From Mycoplasmatales bacterium (lineage in GTDB: Bacteria > Bacillota_I > Bacilli_A > Mycoplasmatales > JABABV01): 64,000 bases of DNA. A model generated the notes under the pieces. It was not told where the DNA came from, did not search any database, and saw nothing but the letters and a program-made list of their open reading frames with translations. Every line of letters starts with the position of its first letter. Position 1 is the first letter of the stretch. The translations under genes were made by a program, and so were the position numbers. The stretch spans positions 3,542-67,541 of the forward strand of contig CBDCUK010000002.1 in the NCBI GenBank assembly GCA_965222755.1, read 5' to 3'. Positions 42,855 through 53,371 of this stretch are shown here, piece after piece.

Positions 42855-44564
42855 ATGAATGCAAAATTAATCAACGCTGACTTATTACTTAAAATGTTAA
42901 TTTCTGGTGTCCACAATTTAGCTAATCACAAAGAGGAAATTAACTCTTTGAATGTTTTTCCAGTGCCTGATGGGGATACTGGTTCTAATATGTCGATGAC
43001 AGCAGTTTCAGGAATAAATGAAATTGGTGACAAAGAATTTAATACACCTTTTAAATTAATGTCTAGTTTTGCAAGAGGGCTATTATTAGGAGCTCGCGGT
43101 AACTCAGGAGTAATTTTTTCACAAATTTTTAAAGGTTTTTCTTTAGGAATTAAAGAAGAAAACACAGAATTAAACGTGGTTAATTTTAATGCTTGTCTAT
43201 TAGAAGCTAAAAAATCAGCTTATGCAGCAGTTATGAAGCCAGTTGAAGGAACGATTTTAACAGTAATTCGTGAAGTTGGAGAATCATTAATTGATAAAAT
43301 TAATCAAGATATGACTTTTGATAAATATTTTGAATTATTAATTAAAGCAGCTAAAAAATCAGTTAATAACACACCAAACCTTTTACCTGTTTTAAAAGAT
43401 GTTGGAGTTGTTGATTCCGGTGGTCAAGGATTATTATTATTCTTTATTGGGATGCAAAAAGCTTTTTTAGGAAAACCGATTAAAAATAATAGTTCAATCA
43501 TTACAAAAATTAAAGCTAAAAACCAAAAGAACAAAGATAATCTTTTAAAATCAAAAACTTTAAGCGGTAATTTTGGTTATTGTACAGAATTTGTTGTAAT
43601 TGTTGATGATTTGAAAAAATTATCTCTATTTAACAAAGATCGCTACATTAAAGATTTAGAAAAATTAGGAACTTCAATCGTAGTCGTATCTGATGATAAT
43701 ATTATTAAAACTCATATTCATAGTAAAAAACCTGGTAACGTTTTAAATTTATCTCAAAAAATTGGTTATTTTAAATCAATCAAGATTGATAATATGACAT
43801 TACAAGTTTCTGAAAATCAACATGAACATGAAGTTGAAGTCAAAGCAAATATTTCAAAAGAGTCTACTGATATTGAAGCACTACAATTTCAAAAACGTAA
43901 TTTTGAATTAGAAAATGCCTTAATCGTTGTTGCTAATGGTCAGGGAATTATTGAAGAATTTAAGAATACCAACGCTAATTACGTTGTTAGTGGCGGACAA
44001 ACTATGAATCCATCTGCCAAAGATTTTATTAATGCAATTGCTCATGTAAATGCGAAAACTGTTTACATTTTACCAAATAATAGTAATATTATTTTAGCAG
44101 CTGAACAAGCCGCAGCCGTTGAAAAACGTTCTAAAGTAATAGTTATTCCGACTCGAACAATTATGCAAGGAATTTTAGCAGCAATGTATTTTAATAATAC
44201 TGAAAAATTAAAAGTTAATCGCAAAAATATGCGTCAAGCAATTAAAACAGTAGCCAGCGCTTCGATCACAATGGCAAATAAAAATACAACTTATAAAAGA
44301 TTTCATATTAAAGAAGGTCAATATTTAGGAATTATCGAAAAAGAAATTTCAGTTGTTCGTAATAGTATTTTAGATACAGCGAAACGATTATTGAAAAAAA
44401 TGATTACTAAAGATTCTGAAATTGTAACTTTATTTTATGGTAAAGATACCAATTTAGAAACCGCTAACCAAATTCAATTATTTATTGAAGAAACTTATGA
44501 TATTGAAGTTGAAGTCAAACAAGGAGACCAACCTATTTATCATTTTGTTATCGGTGTTGAATAA
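42855..44564 (+). CDS. yloV: DAK2/DhaL-domain protein, YloV family
   Basis: The ORF is intact. NVFPVPDGDTGSNM and RGNSGVI (DhaL) are present, and the C-terminal half is YloV-like. Confidence 0.88.
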   Translation: MNAKLINADLLLKMLISGVHNLANHKEEINSLNVFPVPDGDTGSNMSMTAVSGINEIGDKEFNTPFKLMSSFARGLLLGARGNSGVIFSQIFKGFSLGIKEENTELNVVNFNACLLEAKKSAYAAVMKPVEGTILTVIREVGESLIDKINQDMTFDKYFELLIKAAKKSVNNTPNLLPVLKDVGVVDSGGQGLLLFFIGMQKAFLGKPIKNNSSIITKIKAKNQKNKDNLLKSKTLSGNFGYCTEFVVIVDDLKKLSLFNKDRYIKDLEKLGTSIVVVSDDNIIKTHIHSKKPGNVLNLSQKIGYFKSIKIDNMTLQVSENQHEHEVEVKANISKESTDIEALQFQKRNFELENALIVVANGQGIIEEFKNTNANYVVSGGQTMNPSAKDFINAIAHVNAKTVYILPNNSNIILAAEQAAAVEKRSKVIVIPTRTIMQGILAAMYFNNTEKLKVNRKNMRQAIKTVASASITMANKNTTYKRFHIKEGQYLGIIEKEISVVRNSILDTAKRLLKKMITKDSEIVTLFYGKDTNLETANQIQLFIEETYDIEVEVKQGDQPIYHFVIGVE

Positions 44565-44576
44565 CACAAAGATTAA

Positions 44577-44621
44577 AAAAATAAAATTAAACTTCAAATA
44601 TTGTTGTTTAATTTTATTTTT
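44577..44621 (+). terminator. Possible AT-rich terminator hairpin after yloV
   Basis: A 16-bp stem, almost entirely A-T (44577-44592 pairing with 44606-44621), encloses a 13-nt loop. The fold is thermodynamically weak. Confidence 0.35.
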
Positions 44622-44738
44622 GTTAATTATTTTTCAATAGATTATAACTAAAATAAGAAAAACCTTTAATTTTTAAGGATTTATTAGACATTTTTTATCA
44701 ATATAATGTAAAATTAATAAAGAGGTGTTTTAATTAAA

Positions 44739-45740
44739 ATGACAATGACAACAAAAAGAACAATTGCCCTAGATGTAATGGGTGGAGATAATGCGCCGTT
44801 ATCAAATTTAACAGCAGCAAAAGATTTTTTACAGAAATATCCTAAATATAAAATTATTTTAGTTGGTCCAAAAAAAGTTTTAGATCCTTTTTTAAAAGAA
44901 AATCAGAAATTGAATTTAGAACTTTGTTATGCAGAAAATGCATTAGCTATGGATGCTTCAAACTTAGCTGGATGTCGTGATCGCGAATCTTCAATGTATA
45001 AAACGCTTAATTTATTAAAAAAACAAACAGCAGACTTAGCATTAAGTTCTGGTCCAACAGGAGCACTAGTAGCTGCCAGTTATCATATTTTACGTAGCTT
45101 TCCCAAAATGAAAAAACCAGCACTTCTAGCAACGGTTTTAAACGTTGACAGCAAACCTGTTATTATGTTGGACGTCGGAGCAAACATCACTTATACAGCT
45201 GATGAATTAAACCAATTAGCTAATTGTGGAAGTCTTTATTATAGTCAAATGTATAATTTTAAAGCTCCCAAAATTGGTTTAATTAATAATGGGACCGAAA
45301 AAAGTAAAGGAATCCCTTTATATGTTGAAGCTAATAAAAAATTAGCTGCTAATAAAAATATCAATTTTTATGGAAATATTGAAGCTTTTGATATTTTAAA
45401 TGATAATGTTCAAGTAGCAATTGGTGATGGTTTTGCAATGAATATTGCACTTAAATCAATGGAAGCCGGAGCAGAAACAGCATTTAAAATTTTGAAAAAG
45501 AAATTAACTAGTTCTTTTTTTACAAAGATTAAAGCATTGTTAATCCGCTCAAAAATGCGAGAATTATATCAAGAATTTAATCCTAAACGTTTTAATGGTG
45601 CTGTTATTATGGGGATTCAAGGATTAGTTTTCAAATCTCATGGTTCAAGTGATGCTGAAGCGATGTTAAATGCGTTGACTAATGTTAAGAGAGCCCTAGA
45701 TACAAATTTATTGGATACACTGAAAGAAGGATTTTCTTAA
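44739..45740 (+). CDS. plsX: Phosphate acyltransferase
   Basis: The ORF is intact, and IALDVMGGDNAP and FKSHGSSD are present. Confidence 0.93.
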   Translation: MTMTTKRTIALDVMGGDNAPLSNLTAAKDFLQKYPKYKIILVGPKKVLDPFLKENQKLNLELCYAENALAMDASNLAGCRDRESSMYKTLNLLKKQTADLALSSGPTGALVAASYHILRSFPKMKKPALLATVLNVDSKPVIMLDVGANITYTADELNQLANCGSLYYSQMYNFKAPKIGLINNGTEKSKGIPLYVEANKKLAANKNINFYGNIEAFDILNDNVQVAIGDGFAMNIALKSMEAGAETAFKILKKKLTSSFFTKIKALLIRSKMRELYQEFNPKRFNGAVIMGIQGLVFKSHGSSDAEAMLNALTNVKRALDTNLLDTLKEGFS

Positions 45741-46456
45741 TGAATAAAAATAATAAAAATCAACCAAGCAAACCAAAACACGAAATTAAAGATTTGTTAA
45801 AATCTTTAAAAATTAATTATCGAAATTTAGATTTATATAAAGAAGCCCTAACGCATTCATCATATGTTAATGAATATAAAATGGGTCGCGATTATCAACG
45901 TTTAGAATTTTTGGGAGATGCGATTATTGAAATGTGCACCTCTGTTTTTGTTTATAAATATTTTGGCGAAATCAATGAAGGTCAAATGAGTTTAATCAGA
46001 ACTAAAAATGTTAATAAAATAGCTTTATCAAAACTAAGTCAAAATTTAGGAATCGGAAAATATATTTTACTTGGCAAAGGAGCTTTAAGCGAAGATAAAA
46101 TTAATCAGTCATCATCATTGTTGGAAGATGTTTTCGAAGCTTTAGTTGCTGCAATATTTTTAGATTTAGGAATGCAAAATGTTAATCGCTTTTTAGATTT
46201 TACATTATATGAAGCAATCAGACAAACGCCTTTAAATAATCTCAAACACAGTAAAACAAAATTACAAGAACTAGTTCAAAGTGAAAAGAATTCAGAAGTT
46301 TATTATCAAGATATCTCATCATCAAATAGTAACTTTCACGCTAAGGTTTTTATCAATGGCATTGAATATGGTCAAGGTTATGGAAAGACTAAAAAAATGG
46401 CAGAAGAAGCTGCTGCAACAGCTGCGCTTTCAAAATTAGCAACAACAAGTAATTAA
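45740..46456 (+). CDS. rnc: Ribonuclease III
   Basis: LTHSSY, ERLEFLGDAI and a C-terminal dsRBD (GKTKKMAEEAAA) are present. The start overlaps the plsX stop (TAATG). Confidence 0.93.
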   Translation: MNKNNKNQPSKPKHEIKDLLKSLKINYRNLDLYKEALTHSSYVNEYKMGRDYQRLEFLGDAIIEMCTSVFVYKYFGEINEGQMSLIRTKNVNKIALSKLSQNLGIGKYILLGKGALSEDKINQSSSLLEDVFEALVAAIFLDLGMQNVNRFLDFTLYEAIRQTPLNNLKHSKTKLQELVQSEKNSEVYYQDISSSNSNFHAKVFINGIEYGQGYGKTKKMAEEAAATAALSKLATTSN

Positions 46457-46515
46457 AATAATATTATAATTAATCTATAGAGAATATTTTTAATCTGAAC
46501 AAGAGGTAATAATAA

Positions 46516-49491
46516 ATGAACTTTTTAAAAACAATTAAAGCTCATGGTTTCAAATCTTTTGCAAACCCAATCACTATTAATTTTGATCATAATTTAATTG
46601 GTGTTGTCGGGCCAAATGGTAGTGGTAAGTCTAATATTAACGATGCTATTCGTTGAGTTATGGGAGAGCAATCTGCTAAACAATTACGTGGAAATAATAT
46701 GGAAGATATTATTTTTAATGGTAGTGCCTTAAAAAAACCAATGAATATGGCGGAAGTAACTTTAATTTTTTCAAATCATAATCGAATTTTTTCGCTTAAT
46801 TTTGATGAAATTTCAATTACTCGCCGCATATATCGTAATGATCGTGTTGGAGAATATTTTATTAATGGTGTTAAATCACGTTTAAAAGATGTTCAAAAAT
46901 TAGCAATGGAAGCTGGAATATCAAAATCATCATTAAGTATTATTTCGCAAGGAACAGTTTCAAAATTGGCGGAAGCAAAACCAGAAGAATTTCGTGATTT
47001 TTTAGATGAAGCTGCCGGAGTTAGTAAATATAAAAAACATAAAATTGAATCACTACGTAAATTAGCACGAACTAATGAAAATTTAGAAAAAATCAATATT
47101 CTAATTGAAGAGTTAGGGAAGCAAAAAGAACCTTTATCAAAACAAGCAGCAAAAGCAACAGAATATTTAAAACACAAAAATAACCTTGAGGAAATTGAGG
47201 TTTCTTTTTTAGCATCAGATATTAATGAATTAGATCAAAATTTAAAAATCAACAATGTTAAAATTAAAAATTGAGATGACGAGCATAATGATTTAAATGC
47301 AACAGTAACTAATTTAGAAATTAGACTTAATGCACTTAATCAAGCAAAATTTAAAAATGAAAAAACAATTAATAGCCTCCAAAATGATTTAAACAATAAT
47401 AGTGAAACTATCAACGAATTAAAAATTGAATTAGTTCGTGAAGAAGAAAAAAGAAAACATGATATTAATAAAAGTACAAAATTAACTTTAAATGAAAAAG
47501 AAGTTAAGATATTAGAAAATAATATTAAAAACACTAAAAATAATCTTGATATATTAGATGAGCGTATAACAACTATTAAAAATGATTTAGAATTGTTAAA
47601 TGAAAATATCAATAATAGTAATCAAGAAAAAGAAGTTTTATTAGATGAGGTTAATGCTCTTAATCGTAATTTAAACATTAACAATACTAAAATATTGATG
47701 TTAAAAGATAATTTATCAAAACGAGATTTTTTATTTCCCGGAGTAAAAATAATTTTACAACACAAAGAATCTTTACCAGGAATTCATAACATTATCAATA
47801 ATTTAATTTCTTATGATCCTAAATATCAAATTGCGATTCAGAACTGTTTAGCTAATAACTTACAAAATATTGTTTGTAAAGATAGTCATAGTGCCAAAGG
47901 AGCAGTTGCCTTTTTAAAAAGAAATCGTGCTGGAAAAGCAACTTTCATTCCAATAAATGATGTTAAAATTCGTCATTTACAAGAACAAGACCCAATCATT
48001 GCTAGTAATACTAGAGGGTTTATTGATACGATAAATAATATTATTAAAATTGATAATAAATATAAAAAAGTCATCAATTTTTTAACTAATCGCATTTTTT
48101 TAACAGATAATTTAACTAATGCTATTGAATTAAATAAACGCTTAAATTCACGCTATCGAATTATTACGCTTGAAGGAGATGCTATCTTTCCTGGCGGAAC
48201 TATTAGTGGTGGGTTCAATAAATTAAAAGTTAATGATTCACAAACTATTAAAAATGATATTTTGAAATTTAAAAACGAAATTGAAGAAACTAAAAATAGT
48301 TTAAATCTTAAAAATAAAGAATTATCAGATTTTACACAAACAAATTTAAAATTAAAAGAACATTATCAAGAAAAATACGTATTATCTGCAACATTATATG
48401 AGAAACAAAAAATTGCCAGATTGGATTTAGATCGTTTAACAGAAAAATACAAATCTATCTCTAATAAAAAAATTGATGATTTAATTCATATTAAAGATAG
48501 TAAAAATCAAAAATTAAGTTTTTTAAATAAACAACAAGATAAAATAGTTTCCAATATAAAAAGTCAGCGTAGCGAAAACTTAACAACAGCCAAATCAATT
48601 CAAAATTTAGAATTAAAATTAACTAGCAAAAATACTAAAGTTAAAAAAATTATTGAAGAATCAAGTAGTTTAAAAATCGCCAATAATAAATTTCAAGTTT
48701 TAATTCAAAATCATGTTGAGCGTTTAAATAGTCATTATAAATTAACTTTTGAATATGCTAGAGATAATTATAAATCAACAATTCCAATCGAAGATGCACG
48801 AGTTAAAATTAAAGAATTAAGAAGTATTTTAGATAAAATTGGTAACGTTAACATTGATGCTATTTCTGAATATGAAGTGATTAAAAAAAGATTTGATCAT
48901 TTAACGAAAAATGTTGCCGAAATTAATAAAGCAAAAAATGAAATTGAAACATCTGTAAAAAGTTTAGATACATTGATGTTGGAAAAATTTTCAAGTTTAC
49001 TTATTGATGTAAGGTTGAATTTTAAAAAAGTGTTTAAAATTATGTTTGGTGGCGGGGATGCTGATTTAAAATATAGTGACCCCGAAGATGCTTTAAATAG
49101 TGGAATTGAAATAATTGTGCAACCACCAGGAAAATCAGTTAAAACATTAACTTTATTTTCTGGTGGTGAGAAATCATTAATTGTTATATCTTTATTATTT
49201 TCCATTTTAGAAGCGCGTCATTTACCTTTAGTAATTTTAGACGAAGCAGAAGCACCTTTAGACGAATCTAATGTAGCTCGTTATGGACAATATTTAAAAA
49301 ACTTTTCCGAACACACTCAATTTATTGTAGTAACACATCGTGCTGGAACTATGGAATATTTAAATATTTTATATGGTGCTACAATGCAATCTGCTGGGAT
49401 CACCAAAATTGTTGGTGTAAAGCTAAAAGATGCAATTAATTTATCAGAACAAGAATCTGAAAAACCAACTAATAACGTATTACAAAATTAA
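46516..49491 (+). CDS. smc: Chromosome partition protein SMC
   Basis: [22 protein letters not shown], a coiled-coil region, a hinge, LSGGEKS and ILDEAEAPLD are present. Three fragments lie in one frame. Confidence 0.93.
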
Positions 49492-49509
49492 TAGTAAGGA
49501 AATAATACA

Positions 49510-50544
49510 ATGGGTCTTTTTAAAAAAGTTAAAGAACGATTTTCAAAAAAAATAATTTCAAATAAAAGCAAAGAAGTTATTAAAGCTGAGAAAAAATCCT
49601 TAAAAGAAATTCGTAAAAGTAATAAAACAAACAAATATATTACTGGAATGAGTAAATCTAGTTCTGGTTTTTCACGAGCATTACAATCGCTGTATAAAAA
49701 ATCTCAAATTAATGAAGAGTTCTTTGAAAATTTAGAAGAAATGTTAATTATGAACGATATTTCTATGAATATTGTTATGGAAATAAGCGATGCAGTTCGT
49801 CAAGAAATCACAATTAATAAAATCAGTGATCCTCATAAAATTAATGAAATCATCGTTGATAAAATGTTTTTAAATTATGCTAATCAGAAACACTCTAATA
49901 CAACTTTAAATATCAACCCTAATGGATTAAGCATTATTTTGATGGTAGGAATTAATGGTGTTGGTAAAACAACAACAATTGCTAAATTAGCACATAAATT
50001 TATTAAAGAAAATAAAAAAGTTACTTTAGTAGCTGGTGATACATTTCGCGCTGGAGCAGTTAAACAATTAAATTTTTGAGCTCAACGTTTAAATATTACA
50101 TGCATTAATCCTCAAAAAGAACAACAAGATCCACCTTCGGTAATTTTTGATGGTATCATGGCTGCTCAAAATAACAATAGTGATATTTTAATATGTGACA
50201 CTGCTGGAAGATTACAAAATAAAGTTAATTTAATGAATGAATTAAATAAAATTAGTCGCGTTATTGCTAAGAAAGCACCTAATGCAACCGTAGAAACTTT
50301 ACTTGTTTTAGATGCTACTACTGGTCAAAACGGAATTAACCAAGCAGAAGTTTTTCAAGAAGTTGCTAATGTTAGTGGGATTGTTTTAACAAAAATGGAT
50401 GGTAGTTCTAAGGGTGGAATAATTTTAACTATTAAAGATCGTCTAAATATTGATGTGAAATTTATTGGTTTAGGAGAACAGATTCAAGATTTAGCAGAAT
50501 TTGATTTATTTGAATTCATTAATGGATTAACGCAAGAAATATAG
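49510..50544 (+). CDS. ftsY: Signal recognition particle receptor FtsY
   Basis: GINGVGKTTTIAKLA, DTAGR and TKMDG are present. Two fragments share a frame. Confidence 0.93.
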
Positions 50545-50594
50545 ACTATTTAGTACTTAATAATTTATAATAATATTATTAGGAGATGATCAGT

Positions 50595-52826
50595 ATGGAG
50601 AGTATCGATTTTGATAAAATATTAGATTTGGATTTTTTAAGTGGTAATTTTGGATTAGAACGAGAAACAATGAGAATAAGAATTGATGGAAGTGTCGCTG
50701 ATACTTGACACCCATTTAAAAACAAATGAGATAATCCTTATTTTCAAGTTGATTTTTCTGAATCCCAATTAGAAATTAGCACTCCGCTAACTTATAGTTA
50801 CGAAGAAGCTTTTTCCTTCTTAAAAAAACAAAACTACCTTGCAACCAAAGCACTACTTGATGATGAATATTTATTAAATTATTCATTGCCTTTAAAATAT
50901 GAAAATATTGAAAAAATCAAAATTGCCATTAGCGGGACAACAAAAGCCGGCCGAGAAGCAGCTACTTATCGTAAAAATATTATGAGTAAGTATAGTCACC
51001 AGCAACAAGTTATGTCTGGAATTCATTTTAATTTTTCTTTTAAGGAAAGTTTTTTAAAAGGCTTAGCTGCTCTGAATAGTTTAGATGTTCCTAGTTTAAA
51101 AAATGAAATTTATTTTAAAGGATATCGCCAATATATTAGACACCAATCAGTAATTACCTATTTCTTCGGCGCTAGTCATTTTTTAGATGAAGAATACAAA
51201 AAAATGATTAGTGAAGAAAAACAATATAAAAAAATCATTAAACATATTCGCTCTTTTAGAAATTCAAAATTTGGTTATCCTTTAACAGCAAAATCTTTAA
51301 TATCAAGTAATAACTTTAAAGATTTTAAAGAAAAAAGAAATATGTTGTTAAATAATAAACAAATTTTATCTAAATCAGAAATATATCAACCAATTCGTAT
51401 GCAGCAAAAATTTAAAGATGTTACTGAATATTTAGAAATCCGCAATATTGATATTGATCCAACAACACCTTTAGGAATGAAAATAGAAAGTATAAAATTT
51501 ACTCATTTATTTTTAGTCTTTTTAATGTTGGATAAATTTCCAGATGAAAATGAAGTTATCACTAATCAAGAATTAGAAAAAATATTAGAAAAAAATAATA
51601 ACATTGCTCTAGGGCTTGAAACACATAATGATATGAAAGAAATTAATGCAATTTTAAAACAAATGGATCAATTTTATAGTAAAGTTAAAAATCCAGAAAT
51701 TCATAAATTTGTAACTCATTTTATTAGACATCAAGAACCATTAGCTAATATTTTGCATAAAAAATTCAAAACTATAAAATCTTTTACTGACAAGTTACCG
51801 GATTATAAAGAAAAAACACTTAATAATACAATTAAAGAATTTAAAGATCAATTTGATAATTTAGAACTATCGACTAGTGTTTTATTAGGAACTGCTCTAA
51901 CTAATGGTGTGATAGTGAAAAAAGTTGATCCAACTTCAAATTTATTATGTTTAGAAAACAGAAAAACTAAATGAAAAGAATATATTATTCAAGCAACTAG
52001 AACATCTATTAATACTGAAATTGGAGTTTTACTATCTCAAGATAAGGCTTTAACTAAAAATATTTTAAAAGATAATCATATTTTAGTTCCTGAAGGTAAA
52101 GTTTTCCATGATTTAGAATCTGCTAAAAAAGCAGAGAAGACTTTTTTAAATAAAGAAATTGTTATCAAACCAAGAGATACTAATTTTTCTGATGGAGTTA
52201 CAATTTTAAATCGTAAATGAACTAAATCAGATTATGAAAAAGCTATTAAATTTGCTTTTAGTCATTCAAAATCAATTTTAATTGAAGATTTTATCGATGG
52301 CAAAGAATATCGTTTTTTAGTGATTGATAATAAGGTTATCGGTGTTTTAGAACGCCGAGGAGCTAATGTTGTTGGTGATGGAGTAAATACCATTAAACAA
52401 CTAATCGAAATTAAAAATCAACATATTTTAAGAGGCGAACAATATAAGAAACCACTCGAAAAAATTAAAATTGATAATATTGTAATGGCTAATTTAACGC
52501 ACCAAAAATTTTCTTTAAAAACAAAATTAAAAATTAAAGAAGTTGCATGATTAAGATATAACTCAAATGTTTCTAGTGGCGGAGATACAATTGATGTAAC
52601 TAAAAAAACAAATGCCTTTTATAAAAAAATAGCAATTAAAATAAGTAAAGTTTTTAATTTAAAAATTATTGGTGTTGACATCATAATTCCAAATAATGCA
52701 ACACCTGGAGAATATCGAGTTTTAGAAATTAATGATAATCCTGCAATTCATATCCATCATTTTCCACTTGATGGCAAACCAATCAATGTCTCTCTTGAGA
52801 TTTTAAAAACATTGAAGTTATTATAA
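50595..52826 (+). CDS. gshAB: Bifunctional glutamate--cysteine ligase / glutathione synthetase (GshF type)
   Basis: An AGGAG RBS is present. The N-terminal half (GLERETMRIRIDG...YFQVDFSESQLEISTP...GIHFNFSF) and the ATP-grasp C-terminal half (YRFLVIDNKVIGVLERRGANVVGDGVNTIKQLIE...SGGDTIDVT...GVDIIIPN) are collinear with my recollection of streptococcal GshAB. Two large track fragments plus short unlisted pieces lie in one frame, giving 743 aa. Confidence 0.88.
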
Positions 52827-52830
52827 AAAA

Positions 52831-53163
52831 ATGATTGATATTGAAAAAAGAACTTATTATTTAAAATTACTTGATTTATATAGCAGCTTATTAACACAAA
52901 CTCAAAAGCAATCTACTTGATTGTATTTGGTTGAAGATTTATCTTTTAAAGAAGTTTCTGAAATATTAGCAGTTTCTCGAAGTGCCGCATTTGATGCAGT
53001 TAAAAAAAGTCTATTATTACTTGAACAGTACGAAGATAAGTTATCATTAAATCAAAAAAATAATGTATTACAAAAATATTATGATGACCTAGTATCTCTT
53101 GATATAAAAGCAGTTAATAAAATAATTGATAAAATTAAAATAATTAACGAAAATACAAAGTAA
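52831..53163 (+). CDS. ylxM: YlxM/UPF0122 family putative HTH protein (normally SRP-operon associated)
   Basis: The translation is MIDIEKRTYYLKLLDLYSSLLTQTQKQSTWLYLVEDLSFKEVSEILAVSRSAAFDAVKK. It resembles sigma-70 region 4 and has the YlxM layout. Confidence 0.8.
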
Positions 53164-53180
53164 AAAGCTTTGTATTTTTT
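53153..53180 (+). terminator. Intrinsic terminator after ylxM (the stem includes the stop codon)
   Basis: ATACAAAG (53153-53160) pairs with CTTTGTAT (53168-53175), followed by a T-run. Confidence 0.6.
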
Positions 53181-53198
53181 AGTAAAAAATGTTATACT
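53170..53198 (+). promoter_or_regulatory. rpsB-tsf promoter with an extended -10
   Basis: TTGTAT (53170-53175), a 17-nt spacer with TG at 53190-53191, and TATACT (53193-53198). This predicts a leader of about 165 nt. Confidence 0.55.
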
Positions 53199-53371
53199 TA
53201 TCTTAGTGTTTTGATAATAAATGATATTATCTAAATACCCTATATTCTTTAAAAAACACCTTTATTTTATCTTAATCCAAGTGCAGAATCTTTATAATTT
53301 TAAAAAAGTTTTTGTGGATTAAGCATTTAATTAATAAGGGAAAGTAAAAAACAAACAAGGAGTACCATAAC

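Noticed and set aside
46893-49205. Minus-strand ORFs inside smc (46893-47177, 47340-47612, 48897-49205).
   Set aside because: They are shadow ORFs opposite a well-supported SMC reading frame. The repetitive coiled-coil codons (AAA/GAA/TTA) keep the antisense frame open.
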